Source of the DNA: Bythopirellula sp.
GTDB taxonomy: Bacteria; Planctomycetota; Planctomycetia; Pirellulales; Lacipirellulaceae
Direction of reading: 5' to 3'
Length of the DNA stretch: 64,000 bases
NCBI GenBank assembly: GCA_965216565.1
Contig: OZ244170.1
Span: 1,600,001 to 1,664,000 of the forward strand
The translations under genes were made by a program, and so were the position numbers. Under the pieces are notes generated by a model. That model was given only the letters and a program-made list of their open reading frames with translations, was not told the DNA's origin and did no database searches. Positions 1-10,586 of this stretch are shown piece by piece (the first letter of the stretch is position 1; every line of letters begins with the position of its first letter).

Positions 1-126
1 CCCACGGGCGTAACATTCCAGAGTGATTACCCTAAGAGCCTGTCCCAAATCTCCCTTTTCCGTATTCGGGGGAAGGGCTTTATGTCTTGAAAGAGGCTTT
101 GAGTTTAGGAACTTGTGAGCTTGACT

Positions 127-594
127 CTAAGCATGCAAGACAGGAGCGGCAGACTCCTCGGCTATTCGCTTTACGTCCTCTAGAACAGATTCGATACACT
201 TGCTGGTGATATCGCCCGTAAGATTAACCAGAGGCAAGAGCAATCTGGCGAGCAACGTTTGCGGGGTCGCGTTGCACACCACTCGCAGATGTGTGCCAGC
301 AATATCTGGGATCAACAGAAACTCGGTCCGATAGTGCGCACCGCTCGACTCACACTCCACGACATAGCTTTGAGGCGGGTCGAACGAGGTGATTACCAAT
401 TCTTCCGTGGCTTGCTTACCAAACATCGTCCGAGTTTCACGAAACCGCGTGCCGACGCCGATAGGACCCTCCGTTAGGATCTCAAGCTCTTCGATTCCGC
501 GGATGTTCTCTGGTGCATTGTGTAGATCGGCCAGCACTCGAAACACTTCTTCTCGAGTAGCATTGATGTGTTTACCGATAGAAATCTGGGCCAT
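127..594 (-). CDS. SRPBCC (polyketide cyclase/dehydrase-like) family protein
   Basis: 155 aa; N-terminal I-x-A-x-x-E-x-V-F pattern, GPIGVGTRFRETR motif and C-terminal helix typical of SRPBCC. Confidence 0.8.
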   Translation of the reverse strand: MAQISIGKHINATREEVFRVLADLHNAPENIRGIEELEILTEGPIGVGTRFRETRTMFGKQATEELVITSFDPPQSYVVECESSGAHYRTEFLLIPDIAGTHLRVVCNATPQTLLARLLLPLVNLTGDITSKCIESVLEDVKRIAEESAAPVLHA

Positions 595-681
595 GACTGA
601 TTCGACCTCCGCGCTAGGGCAAAGTTCCGTAACACCGATTATTGGGCAGTGCGGTAGAAACCATTCTAGCGGACTGGCAGA

Positions 682-1539
682 TCAGGTAGAAATCAGTTTT
701 TTTAACGTCTTCAAATTGATGACATCCAAATCCTTGCCTTTTTCTTCGCCTTTGGGTGTCTCTAAATATTTCGGGACTTTCCGGAATCTTCGATCGTTGA
801 GCAAGAATCGGAACGGCTCGAGACCCATTTCACCCTTACCGATTCGGGCATGGCGATCGACGCGGCTGCCGAATTTGGTCTTACTATCATTGAAATGAAA
901 TGCCTTGATTTGCTGGACACCTATGGTCTTATTCAGCTGTCGCATAGTCGCCTTGTAGTCTTTCTCCGTTCCCATCGGATAGCCAGCTGCAAAGACATGA
1001 CAGGTATCGAAACAGACGCCGACTAAGTCGGGGTTCTTCACACCGTCGAGTATCGTGGCAAGATGCTCAAACTTCCAACCGAGATTGGAACCCTGCCCAG
1101 CAGTAGTTTCCAGCAGGCACTTAGCCGAGCAACCCTTGGTTTGTTTGTGCACTTCGTTAAGTGCCTTGATGATCCGCCTCAGCCCGCGGTATTCCGTACT
1201 AGTGGTGAATGCGCCCGGATGAGCGACGACGTACTCGATACCTAGCAGTTCCGCCCGCTGCAGTTCGATCACAAACGCATCGACGGATTTCTTCCACAGC
1301 TCGTCGTCGGGACTAGCCATGTTGATTAGGTAAGAATCGTGAGAAATGGGGTACTTGATCCCGTGCTCTTGCAGCGCAGACCGAAATCGCTCAACATCCT
1401 CATCCGATATCGGCTTCGCGCGCCACTGGTTGTTGTTCTTAGTGAATAACTGGACACAATCGCAGCCTGCCTTGGCCGCTGCTTCCACAGCCTTGTAGTA
1501 TCCACCAGCGATCGACATGTGCGCACCGAGAATTGCCAT
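682..1539 (-). CDS. nfo: Endonuclease IV (AP endonuclease)
   Basis: GAHMSIAGG, QLFTKN, HDSYLIN, HPG, LETTAGQG, DTCH, HFNDSK, DRH and LETP metal-binding motifs. Confidence 0.95.
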   Translation of the reverse strand: MAILGAHMSIAGGYYKAVEAAAKAGCDCVQLFTKNNNQWRAKPISDEDVERFRSALQEHGIKYPISHDSYLINMASPDDELWKKSVDAFVIELQRAELLGIEYVVAHPGAFTTSTEYRGLRRIIKALNEVHKQTKGCSAKCLLETTAGQGSNLGWKFEHLATILDGVKNPDLVGVCFDTCHVFAAGYPMGTEKDYKATMRQLNKTIGVQQIKAFHFNDSKTKFGSRVDRHARIGKGEMGLEPFRFLLNDRRFRKVPKYLETPKGEEKGKDLDVINLKTLKKLIST

Positions 1540-1748
1540 GCCTCAGAGGATAGTGGATCGTGCCGCCAGAGGGCAGGGGGGAGACGCTCCCCAGTCGGGC
1601 AAACGTTAAAGTAGCCGAGTAATCGTTAAAATCGGAATTGGAGAATCTCTACCAGGAAGATCCTCGCGTCCGTTTTCATTCAAAACAGCCCTTTTTATGT
1701 GGAAAACGTAGAGTCTTGTACTACCAGTTGTTCCTTTAATGCCTGCTA

Positions 1749-3770
1749 TTGAACCTGAGAACGAACTTCCCCGTGAACGAAAAAGCCCCCCCCATCCAAC
1801 GCGGCTCTGTGGTTGCGAATTGCGCCTTAGCTACCGGTTGCCTACTGGCAATCAGCTTCTATTCGTCCGGATTCTCCCTGCTCGCCTGGATTGCACTGGC
1901 ACCGTTAGGTGTCGTTCTGTCCACAAAAAAAATGACCCTACGCTGCTGGGCGGGAATCTACTTGGGGGGCCTGATTTTTCATCTGTGGGCGCTCGATTGG
2001 ATTCGCACCTTATACGGCGGCTTTGCGTTGGAAGGCAACTATGCACCAGGTTGGCTAATCTGCGGGCAACTCGGCGCTGTGATATTCTGCCTAATGATCC
2101 TTGCAGGTCGGCGGCTAGTTCTGACCTCGAAACTTCCCGTGACTCTCGCGCTTCCCTTTGCTTGGTACTTCTATGAAACGATGCAATCTTTGCTGATGAT
2201 GGCGTTCGACCAACACGCCATGCGCTACTTGAGCCTGGCTCATACGCAGGCCGATTACCCGCTCATCTCGCAAATTGCCGATCTAGGGGGCGAGTTAACT
2301 GTCAGCCTGCTCGTCGCCCTCGTGAATGGATTTATCTACGATCTTCACTTTGTGCGAATCGATCTCCCGTTCCGCAAGTGGGACTGGAATCTTGTGGCTC
2401 GTTGCGTCGGTGTTCCGATCATTTTCACGGGTTCGATTTCGTACGGATATTTTCGCATGCATCAACCCGTTCAAGAGACGGGACCCAACATTTGCCTCAT
2501 GACTCGGCACGACCTGCCGCCTTTGATCAAACCAGACCGATTGCCATCGGCGGACAAAACCGATCTATATGTCTGGCCCGAGCTGGCTTATCACCACGCC
2601 ATCATCGATGCCCAGAGCAGCGCTCAAAAAGAGGCCACAATTGCTGCTCATTGGCCATTAACTCGCGGCGACGTTGAGGGCTACAGACATCGAATTTCTG
2701 ACTATCTGCAGCAAACCGCACAAAACCTGAATGCGAACCTGTTAATCGGAGTCGAAAGACTCTCGGCCGAGGATGATCAAATTAGCACTTTCAACTCACT
2801 GGCGTATGTCCATCCGGAAGCCGGTGTTGTAGGAACCTACGATAAGGTGCACTGCGCACCATTCCGCGAATTTGCTCCCGCTCACTGGGAGTGGCTCCAG
2901 ATTGCTGTGCCCGTTGAATATTCCCGGGGCAAATCCCCCACAACATTTGCGCTTTCTACTTCCACGGGCGACGAGCTCACGTTTGGATGTGGCCTGTGCT
3001 ACGAAGTTGCCTTTCCTGACCATTTCCAACAGCAGATGGAAAACTCTCAGCTCGACTTTTTCGTCTTGGCTGGAAGCGAAGCAAGCGACTCAACAGGAGT
3101 CTTGGCGAAAACACTATTACGCATGGCCCAACTACGCGCCATCGAAACACGTCGGCCCATTGTTCGCAATGCACATAGGGGCTATTCGGGTTGGATCGAC
3201 AGTTGCGGACGAATCGTTTCTGTATCCGATCGCAACGAACTAGCGCAACCACGGGCTCTCACGCCCACTCAACTCGATGCCCGAATCAGCTACTACGCTC
3301 AGTGGGGCGATTGGCTTTCGCCACTCATGATTAGCCTCTTTGCAGTCGCATTGATCTTGCCCAACGTCCAGCAACTTATGAAATCACTCAGAACCATTGG
3401 CACGGGAACCACCTCGCCCAAATTCCCTCCACCAGTTCGACGAGCTCGCGGTAGCGGCTTCTCCCTCTTTGAACTGATGGCGGTTGTTGCCATTTTGAGC
3501 ACGATTGCAATATTGATACTACCTCGCGTCACGGGTGCTACCGATGCGGCCAAAGAACGGGCAGACAAAATGAATATTGCGTTGCTCAACTCTGCGGCCG
3601 AACGCTGGTATTTGGACAAAGGCGCGTGGCCCGCGATCAACCTGAGCGACATTGGCGCGGACCCCAACTATTTGCCAGAGGGTATTCCAGTTAGCCCTCA
3701 TACCGGCAAAGCGTACAAACTCAACTCATTCACGATGCGGGTCAACAGTACCGGCGGTGGCGGAAAATAA
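1749..3770 (+). CDS. lnt: Apolipoprotein N-acyltransferase with a fused C-terminal type IV pilin/pseudopilin-like domain
   Basis: N-terminal TM helices; QIADLGG; nitrilase triad motifs VWPE, YDKVH..PFRE and LCYE..FP; AQLRAIETRRPIVR; then in-frame G|FSLFELMAVVAIL prepilin motif. The TTG start is uncertain. Confidence 0.85.
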   Translation: MNLRTNFPVNEKAPPIQRGSVVANCALATGCLLAISFYSSGFSLLAWIALAPLGVVLSTKKMTLRCWAGIYLGGLIFHLWALDWIRTLYGGFALEGNYAPGWLICGQLGAVIFCLMILAGRRLVLTSKLPVTLALPFAWYFYETMQSLLMMAFDQHAMRYLSLAHTQADYPLISQIADLGGELTVSLLVALVNGFIYDLHFVRIDLPFRKWDWNLVARCVGVPIIFTGSISYGYFRMHQPVQETGPNICLMTRHDLPPLIKPDRLPSADKTDLYVWPELAYHHAIIDAQSSAQKEATIAAHWPLTRGDVEGYRHRISDYLQQTAQNLNANLLIGVERLSAEDDQISTFNSLAYVHPEAGVVGTYDKVHCAPFREFAPAHWEWLQIAVPVEYSRGKSPTTFALSTSTGDELTFGCGLCYEVAFPDHFQQQMENSQLDFFVLAGSEASDSTGVLAKTLLRMAQLRAIETRRPIVRNAHRGYSGWIDSCGRIVSVSDRNELAQPRALTPTQLDARISYYAQWGDWLSPLMISLFAVALILPNVQQLMKSLRTIGTGTTSPKFPPPVRRARGSGFSLFELMAVVAILSTIAILILPRVTGATDAAKERADKMNIALLNSAAERWYLDKGAWPAINLSDIGADPNYLPEGIPVSPHTGKAYKLNSFTMRVNSTGGGGK

Positions 3771-3773
3771 CGC

Positions 3774-4814
3774 TCAGCTGGACGCATTGTCTTCGTATTC
3801 CTGCACGGAACTCTCGTCCGAGAGCTCCTGCACTCTACGCAACCCCGGCATTTTCCAGAGGCTGAATTGCGCGATGATCACCAGCGAGACGATCATTACT
3901 AAACGATCGAGTAGTGCTGCCGCCAGCGCCTCAGCTTTAGTCGCTCCAGTCACACTCGCGCCGTAGACAATTGCGGCTTCACGGAATCCCAAGTTGCCGG
4001 GGGTGAAGCTAAAAAAGAATGCCAAGTCGGCTAACAACGAAGCGACCATCACCCCGGTGAAATGCGTCTCGACGTCAATTCCCCAAAAGGCAACTTGCAG
4101 ACGCATCGCGCGAGCAAGGATCGACGTCAGTTGCAAGCCGACCAAGCGCAACAACAAGTTTCGATTGCGGCTCAACACATGCCACGATTCGCTAAGTCCT
4201 CGGAAAAAATGGGCAAGCTTGCCGGGCCAAGAGTCGGGGACCTTAACTCGCACCAACAAGGCAATGGCGGCACCGATCACGCAACAGACAAAAACAGTCA
4301 GGATTTCCCAGGGCGGAGCGATTCCTTCCAATCGCCACAGCAGCGCAAGACCTGTCATCCCTAACATGCCAATGACAAAGCACTGCACAAGCGCGATCGG
4401 GAACAACAAACCCGTGTAAGAAGCAAATCGAACACCATAGCGTTTCTTTAAGTAGACTCCCGTCACACCGAATCCAGAACGGGGAATGAACAATCCCGAA
4501 TAGGCGCGCAGCATCAACAGATTGAATGCTTCCATCCGACCGAGGCGAGTGCCAATCGCCAGCAGCGTCTGTCGGAAGATCTCCGACGCGAAAATCCGGT
4601 TTACGAATGAGATGGCTAATATTGCCGCCACATATCGGGGACTCACTTCCAGAAGCTTCGGCAGGTCGCCCCAATAGCGTCGTCCCAGATAGGCGAGCAG
4701 TACGAGCGAGGCCACCGACAGAACCTTCCGCCACGGTCCCGACCGTTTGCGAGGGTTGGCCTCCAGAGCCTCTTCGGTCGGTGCGTCGGTTGTCATAGAT
4801 AACAGGGCAGGCAA
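3774..4814 (-). CDS. Lysylphosphatidylglycerol synthase TM / UPF0104 flippase-like membrane protein
   Basis: Multi-TM protein with TPGNLGFREAA...AAALLDR motif; start uncertain. Confidence 0.75.
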   Translation of the reverse strand: MPALLSMTTDAPTEEALEANPRKRSGPWRKVLSVASLVLLAYLGRRYWGDLPKLLEVSPRYVAAILAISFVNRIFASEIFRQTLLAIGTRLGRMEAFNLLMLRAYSGLFIPRSGFGVTGVYLKKRYGVRFASYTGLLFPIALVQCFVIGMLGMTGLALLWRLEGIAPPWEILTVFVCCVIGAAIALLVRVKVPDSWPGKLAHFFRGLSESWHVLSRNRNLLLRLVGLQLTSILARAMRLQVAFWGIDVETHFTGVMVASLLADLAFFFSFTPGNLGFREAAIVYGASVTGATKAEALAAALLDRLVMIVSLVIIAQFSLWKMPGLRRVQELSDESSVQEYEDNASS

Positions 4815-4883
4815 TCGAGTGGAGCGGGAATAAGGTAAATCTGTCCGGCAATTGGGAAAAGGAATAACTTACGCGGAGCGAAA

Positions 4884-4943
4884 TGTCATTCCGAGGTCCG
4901 CCGAGGAATCTGGCTAGATCCCTCGGCGGACCTCGGGATGACA
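4884..4943. repeat. Intergenic REP-like palindrome (TGTCATTCCG... type)
   Basis: 28-nt arms 4884-4911 and 4916-4943 with 2 mismatches around a 4-nt loop. Confidence 0.8.
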
Positions 4944-5153
4944 GCTACTGACGTAGCTGAGCATATGGCCCAAATTCCTAAACAGCTTAATGTAAGGTCT
5001 CACTATGTTAGTCTATCCTGCCTACCCGGAGCGAGAGCAGCCGACCGCTTGAGACTCAGGCAGTTTTCGCCTAAAATCTCGCCTCCTGCCTTCAGTTGAT
5101 CCGAAACTGATTGACGTCACTTTCTCCCTCGAAACAAGAGATATAAACGAACC

Positions 5154-5615
5154 ATGGAACGTACCTTTATTCTGCTCAAACCCGACTGTGTCCAGCGCCG
5201 CTTGATGGGGCAAGTGATTGCTCGATTCGAGCAAAAAGGGCTTAATTTCGTAGCGATGAAAATGCTCCGCATCACCCCCGAACTCGCCAAGCAACACTAT
5301 GCCGAGCATGTGGAAAAAGGTTGGTATCCCACGCTGGAAGAATTTATTACCGGCGGTCCTGTTTTAGCTGCCGTCGTCGAAGGACTGGAAGCGATCCAGG
5401 TGGTTCGCGACATGCTCGGTGCCACTAGCGGCTTGCAAGCAGCCCCGGGCACCATCCGCGGCGACTACAGTTCCAGCCGCCAGATGAATCTGGTCCACGG
5501 CTCGGACGGCCCCGAAGCGGCCCAGCGCGAAATCGGCTTGTACTTCTCTCCCGAAGACCTGTGCGACGACGACCCCACCATTAGCAAATGGCTCCGGGCA
5601 TCGGACGAAGCTTAA
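5154..5615 (+). CDS. ndk: Nucleoside diphosphate kinase
   Basis: ERTFILLKPD, HYAEH, PGTIRGDY, NLVHGSD. Confidence 0.97.
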   Translation: MERTFILLKPDCVQRRLMGQVIARFEQKGLNFVAMKMLRITPELAKQHYAEHVEKGWYPTLEEFITGGPVLAAVVEGLEAIQVVRDMLGATSGLQAAPGTIRGDYSSSRQMNLVHGSDGPEAAQREIGLYFSPEDLCDDDPTISKWLRASDEA

Positions 5616-5639
5616 TGCCTTGGAGCAGAGGTGCAGCAC

Positions 5640-6536
5640 CTACTCTACTGACTGAACACGCAAACGAAAGATCACGACAAGCCCTGTCGCAAGAAGAGAG
5701 ATTGTCCCAGGCTCTGGAACGGGAATTTCAATCACTACGTTGTCGATGATTCCATATTGTTCAGCAGGCACACTGCCAATCGACGCGAAAGGATCTTCAT
5801 ACCCAACCATGATGTGCCCAGCCGTCGGAGTGTCAGCAATGGAAAAGAAATTCTGACCATTAAATGAAACCTGAACTGCTCCCTGATTCGCAGACACGCT
5901 AACCTGCACCCATTGGTTGGCCGCCGCATTGGCAGTATTAGGACCCGGTTGGGCAACAGTCCTTTCAAATGCAGCATTAAACAAACTCCGATGCGTACTG
6001 CCATCCTTCCGATCTTGCTCCGCAATCCCAGAAAAGGCTACCGCATCTTCGCTGTTATATCCGTTTTCCACGGCTAACCAACCATAAGTCCCATTCCCAG
6101 CTGTAAACCGGTTATTCCTTCCCAAGGCGGTGGCATTGGTCCTTCCAATGCCCCACAAACCTTGCTCCGTGCTTCCGGTAGAAGGCAACGGGTCGGAGGT
6201 ATTCAGCCACATGTCGTACTGCAGCTCAAACACTGGATAAGTCAAGTCGGCATTCGCACCGGGAACTATCCCCACTAGATTGGCTGCTGCTGGAACTCCA
6301 CTGGACATATTAGCCTTGAATACAACGCCAGTCGTTGCTGCCGAGCCCGGAACCGGATTCGGTGCTTCTGAGATTCCCAGAAGTCCATAATCAACTATCT
6401 CAGTCGTCGTGTCAGGTTGAGCGGCAAGAAACCAGTTCGATAAGTCGTCGAAACCGTCCGCTAATACGACGACAGCAGCACACGCCTGCTGTTCCACCAG
6501 AAACACTAGCACGGCGGCAATAAGTACTAACCTCAT
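5640..6536 (-). CDS. PEP-CTERM sorting domain surface protein
   Basis: Signal peptide; C-terminal VPEPGTISLLATGLVVIFRLR (PEP, TM helix, basic tail). Confidence 0.85.
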   Translation of the reverse strand: MRLVLIAAVLVFLVEQQACAAVVVLADGFDDLSNWFLAAQPDTTTEIVDYGLLGISEAPNPVPGSAATTGVVFKANMSSGVPAAANLVGIVPGANADLTYPVFELQYDMWLNTSDPLPSTGSTEQGLWGIGRTNATALGRNNRFTAGNGTYGWLAVENGYNSEDAVAFSGIAEQDRKDGSTHRSLFNAAFERTVAQPGPNTANAAANQWVQVSVSANQGAVQVSFNGQNFFSIADTPTAGHIMVGYEDPFASIGSVPAEQYGIIDNVVIEIPVPEPGTISLLATGLVVIFRLRVQSVE

Positions 6537-6558
6537 CAGATAACCTCATGGTTCAGTA

Positions 6559-6639
6559 CGTAGGGTGCGATGGAACAAAGTGGAATCGCACCAAAACCGC
6601 ATCTTGGCGCGATTACGCGTTGCTTCATCGCACCCTACG
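6559..6639. repeat. GTAG-family REP doublet (REPIN-like)
   Basis: Perfect 14-bp outer inverted repeat CGTAGGGTGCGATG...CATCGCACCCTACG; each half has an internal GG(T/C)GCGAT...ATCGCACC palindrome. Confidence 0.8.
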
Positions 6640-6719
6640 GACTTCTTCGGTGCCTTCAGGGGCCAAATTTCAACTTATCGGGTGCCACTGCTAGCCCAAC
6701 CAAAAACGCTACGATGCGG

Positions 6720-8771
6720 TTAAACCGCCCGGGGACGTTCCTTAATAAGATCGTACCGGCGGATCTTTCGGTCGAGCGTCGAGCGTTCGATGCCCAGGAT
6801 GCCGGCGGCGCGGCTTTTGTTCCAGCCGGTGGCGTTGAGGGTGCGGAGGATGTGTTCGCGCTCTACGTCGGCTAGCGAAACGGCTTCGTATGTCCCGTAG
6901 CCGGAGGTGGTGGTCCCCGATTCGGTGTCGCCCGCTGTTTTTAGAGCAGACAGCACGAGATCATCGTGATCCACATACTCGCCACGGGCGAGTACCACGG
7001 CGCGTTCGATCACGTTTTTCATTTCGCGCACGTTGCCGGGCCAACGATAGCGGAGCAATTCTTCCATCGCCCGCGGCGAGAATCCCTTCAGCTTGCGGCC
7101 CGTCTCTTCGTTGAACTTGCGCAGGAAAAACTCCGCCAGTTCCGGGATGTCTTCCGGACGCTTCCGCAGTCCCGGTACTAGAATCTCCAGCACATGCAGA
7201 CGGAAATACAAATCCCTGCGGAATGATCCTTCGGCAACGTCTTTCTCCAAATCGCGATTGGTCGCCGCGATGACGCGGACGTCGACCTTGATTTGCTCGG
7301 CACCGCCCACACGCTCGAAAGGATGCCCCTCCAAGACGCGAAGGAATTTTGCCTGAATCGTGGGGCTCATCTCGCCGATTTCATCGAGCATCAACGTGCC
7401 CGTATCGGCTTGTTCGAACTTGCCAATCTTGCGGTCCGTGGCACCAGTGAACGCGCCTTTTTCGTGGCCGAACAATTCACTTTCCAGCAAAGTTTCCGAG
7501 AGAGCCGCACAGTTCAAACAAACGAACGGGCCTTTTTCGCGCGGGCTAGAGAAGTGAACCGCACGTGCAACAAGCTCTTTGCCAACACCACTCTCGCCGC
7601 GAATGAGCACGGTCGCACGACTGGGGGCAGCGCGGGCGATTTGCCGAGTGACTTGCATCATCACTTCGCTTGAGCCTACGATTTCGCTTTGCACACCCAA
7701 CTGCTCGCGTAGATTGGTGTTCTCTGAACGCACCTGGTTCAGGTTTTCTGCCAGCAATTGACGTTTACTTAGGTTTTCCAAGGCAACACCCACAGTGTCT
7801 GCCACCGCTAGCGTGAATTCCAAGTCCTCAGGGTCCGTGGGCTTTTCCACGTCCGTCGTGTAAAGATGCACAAGCCCCAGCACCTCGCCTTCCATTCGGA
7901 TTGGTGCACAAACTACGCTTGTCGCCAGAATTTCACCTCGGCTATCTCGGTTGCCCAGGTTGCTGTCGTCCATCACATTCCGTGCCATCACCGCCTGGCC
8001 ATCACGCAGGACGGTCGAAGACAGGAATTGGGAGACGCGGTGGTAGGAGTGGTCGCAATCGCTCCGCGAGGCAACCACTTCGAGGTCTTCGCTGGTCCGT
8101 TCGCCTTTGGAATCTCTCTGGCGAAGTAGGATCGCACCGGAATCGACCCGCGTGCCTTCAAACAAACCATTGAGCGCTGTGTTGGCCAGCGACAAGACGT
8201 CGGTGGAACGAGCAAGATCGAACGCGAGCCGGCAAAGCATTGCCGCGGCGCGCCCTACCTTGGGCAGCGATTCCTCGTCTGTCTCTTCCATCGTGGGCAG
8301 ATCAAGAAAACGACTTTGCCCTTTGCGATGCGTAATGGTGGTTGGCTCGAAGGCCTCGAAGATGCTTTCGGCTTCTTCGGTTTGATCGTCGACGCCCGTC
8401 TCACTCGTCTCAACCGACTTGGATCCACGCAGCAACGTATTCGTATCGGGAAAGGCCTGCGACAAATCGTGCACAAATGCGAGATGCGAATTGCCGATTT
8501 GAACAATATCGCCCGGCTGTAGCGTACGATCGCTGCTGACTGGATCGCCACTGACAAGCGTGCCGTTGCGACTTTCCAAATCGCGTAGTTTCCATTCGCC
8601 TTGAGCTTGAAACACTTCGGCGTGATTGCGACTGCAACGTTCGTCCTTCACGACAATTGTGTTGGTAGGCGCTCGGCCCAAAGTCACCGATTCGCCAGGC
8701 ACCAATCGCACCACGTCGGCCCATTTCGAGCCGTCGCGAATAATCAGGTATGCTGTCAAGGAGTCTGACAT
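6720..8771 (-). CDS. Sigma-54-dependent activator with FHA and GAF domains (FHA-GAF-AAA+-HTH)
   Basis: FHA (LGR..SRNH..SRNGT), GAF region, [28 protein letters not shown] and Fis-type HTH; start taken at MSDSLT. Confidence 0.92.
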   Translation of the reverse strand: MSDSLTAYLIIRDGSKWADVVRLVPGESVTLGRAPTNTIVVKDERCSRNHAEVFQAQGEWKLRDLESRNGTLVSGDPVSSDRTLQPGDIVQIGNSHLAFVHDLSQAFPDTNTLLRGSKSVETSETGVDDQTEEAESIFEAFEPTTITHRKGQSRFLDLPTMEETDEESLPKVGRAAAMLCRLAFDLARSTDVLSLANTALNGLFEGTRVDSGAILLRQRDSKGERTSEDLEVVASRSDCDHSYHRVSQFLSSTVLRDGQAVMARNVMDDSNLGNRDSRGEILATSVVCAPIRMEGEVLGLVHLYTTDVEKPTDPEDLEFTLAVADTVGVALENLSKRQLLAENLNQVRSENTNLREQLGVQSEIVGSSEVMMQVTRQIARAAPSRATVLIRGESGVGKELVARAVHFSSPREKGPFVCLNCAALSETLLESELFGHEKGAFTGATDRKIGKFEQADTGTLMLDEIGEMSPTIQAKFLRVLEGHPFERVGGAEQIKVDVRVIAATNRDLEKDVAEGSFRRDLYFRLHVLEILVPGLRKRPEDIPELAEFFLRKFNEETGRKLKGFSPRAMEELLRYRWPGNVREMKNVIERAVVLARGEYVDHDDLVLSALKTAGDTESGTTTSGYGTYEAVSLADVEREHILRTLNATGWNKSRAAGILGIERSTLDRKIRRYDLIKERPRAV

Positions 8772-9198
8772 ATGTAGCGAATTGATACAGTCGTGGTAGC
8801 GGAGATTGTAAGTATAACTGGGAAAGTAGCTTACGAAAAAGCCACTCAGCTTCATCGGCCGGGGATTCCTACTCCTAGTATGCACGTAATTAAGCCAATA
8901 GCCAAGCATCGTCCCCCCTGTTCGGGCCTGTTGGAGTCTGAGAAAGTGCGTATCTTAGAGGCCGACTCGCTCGGTCAAATTTCGCTGTGTTTACGCGGGG
9001 AAACGTCAAAAGTGTTGAATATCAAGGGGTTTGCAACTACTCTGGAGATAGGGTAGCGCGCCGTAGGTCTAGCGGTTAAGAGATCTGGCGAAACCTTAGC
9101 GCCGTCGGTGCACAGCTACTTTTACGGAACAACCTTCGAGAAGCGTATCGCAAGCCAGCGTGCCGATTGGCGAAGTTGGCGAAACAAGGAGAAAACTG

Positions 9199-10536
9199 AT
9201 GAAACGGGCATCCCTCCACACCCGTCTGGCAAGTGTCGCCGTGTTGGCTCTCACTACGCTGTTCGCATTCGCCAACAACTCCAATGCCCAGATTGTCCAA
9301 CGGGCGGTCGGTGGTGTTGCCATCGATGCCGATGGCTTGCTCAGTAGTTTGACGCTGGAAGACTCGGAGCAATTGGAAAGTCTACGTAAGACTGCTCTGG
9401 ACCGCGTGCCAGAAGAGTTGGCCGCGTTTAACAAAATGCGAGGCGTGTCGATCAAGCAAATCAACTCAGCCGTCGCCAAGAGTGTGGCAGACAGTAGCCC
9501 ACTTCCCGAAGAGATCCGCTACCTCGCCGGTTTACAGCGCATCGAGTATGTGTTTGTCTATCCCGAGCGAAACGATATTGTCTTGGCCGGTCCTGCCGAG
9601 GGCTGGCAACTTGATGCACTTGGAAATGTGGTTGGCAAAACCACGAAGCGTCCTGTGATCTTGCTAGACGATTTGGTAGTTGCGCTACGCACGGCAGCTT
9701 CCTCGCGGTTGGAGCCTATTTCTTGCTCGATTGATCCGAGTCAAGAAGGCATGCAGCGACTGCAAGGGGTGCTACGCCAACTACAACGGGAACGTAATCC
9801 GCAAGTTGCGATGACTCGCCTCGAGGATGCTCTAGGCCCGCAGGAGATTTCGCTCACAGGAATTCCCGCGTCGAGCCACTTCGCCCGCGTGATGGTAGCC
9901 GCCGATTTCCGCATGAAACGTCTGGCAATGAACTTCGACGAAGCACCTGTGGCCAAAATGCCTAGCTTCATGGAACTGGCCAGTAGCAGAAATTCGAGCA
10001 TGACGCCCCGTTGGTGGCTGGCACCTAAATACGACTCTCTCGCTCGCGATGCCGAAGGCTTGGCCTGGCAACTTCGCGGCCAAGGCGTCCAATGCAAAAC
10101 CGAAGAAGACCAATTCAATGCCGACGGCAAGCGTGAGAGCAGCCGCGCTGCCAGCCCTGCGGCCCAAAAATGGGCTGAAATGATGACTGGCAATTATCCC
10201 AAACTGGCCGAGCATGACTCGGTCTTCGGCCAACTTCGCAACGTGATGGATCTCGCCGTCGTCGCAGCACTCATCGAGAAAGAAGAATTGCTCGCCACCG
10301 CTGGACTGGAGATCTCGAATTTGATGCAGGATGTCGAACTCGCCGAGTACCCCGTCCCTCGCTTTGTCGACACACAGGCCAGCTTCGTCCGTAATAGGGG
10401 CAGCTACACGGTTAGTGCTTCCGGTGGCGTACAGATGCTACCCTGGCACGTTGCAGACAAGACGGAAGAAGTTGCTTCGGTGAGCGAAGTGCGGAACACA
10501 TTCTCAGCCGACTCCGGCAACTGGTGGCTGCAGTAG
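9199..10536 (+). CDS. Secreted DUF1598-family protein
   Basis: AAGGAG RBS, signal peptide, VGGVAIDADG, CSIDP, ADFRMKRL and SGGV motifs. Confidence 0.7.
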   Translation: MKRASLHTRLASVAVLALTTLFAFANNSNAQIVQRAVGGVAIDADGLLSSLTLEDSEQLESLRKTALDRVPEELAAFNKMRGVSIKQINSAVAKSVADSSPLPEEIRYLAGLQRIEYVFVYPERNDIVLAGPAEGWQLDALGNVVGKTTKRPVILLDDLVVALRTAASSRLEPISCSIDPSQEGMQRLQGVLRQLQRERNPQVAMTRLEDALGPQEISLTGIPASSHFARVMVAADFRMKRLAMNFDEAPVAKMPSFMELASSRNSSMTPRWWLAPKYDSLARDAEGLAWQLRGQGVQCKTEEDQFNADGKRESSRAASPAAQKWAEMMTGNYPKLAEHDSVFGQLRNVMDLAVVAALIEKEELLATAGLEISNLMQDVELAEYPVPRFVDTQASFVRNRGSYTVSASGGVQMLPWHVADKTEEVASVSEVRNTFSADSGNWWLQ

Positions 10537-10552
10537 TTCAAGTACGATTACC

Positions 10553-10586
10553 AAAAGGGTGTCCAGAACGCTGGGCACCCTTTTTT
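10553..10586. terminator. Bidirectional rho-independent terminator
   Basis: AAAAGGGTGTCCAG-AACG-CTGGGCACCCTTTTTT between convergent genes. Confidence 0.85.

Noticed and set aside
32..126. IS5-like end TAAGAGCCTGTCCCAAA
   Set aside because: No convincing partner inverted repeat or transposase in the window
9150..9166. Sigma-54 promoter-like CGGCAC...TTGC on the minus strand
   Set aside because: GG-to-GC spacing is 11 nt instead of the required 10
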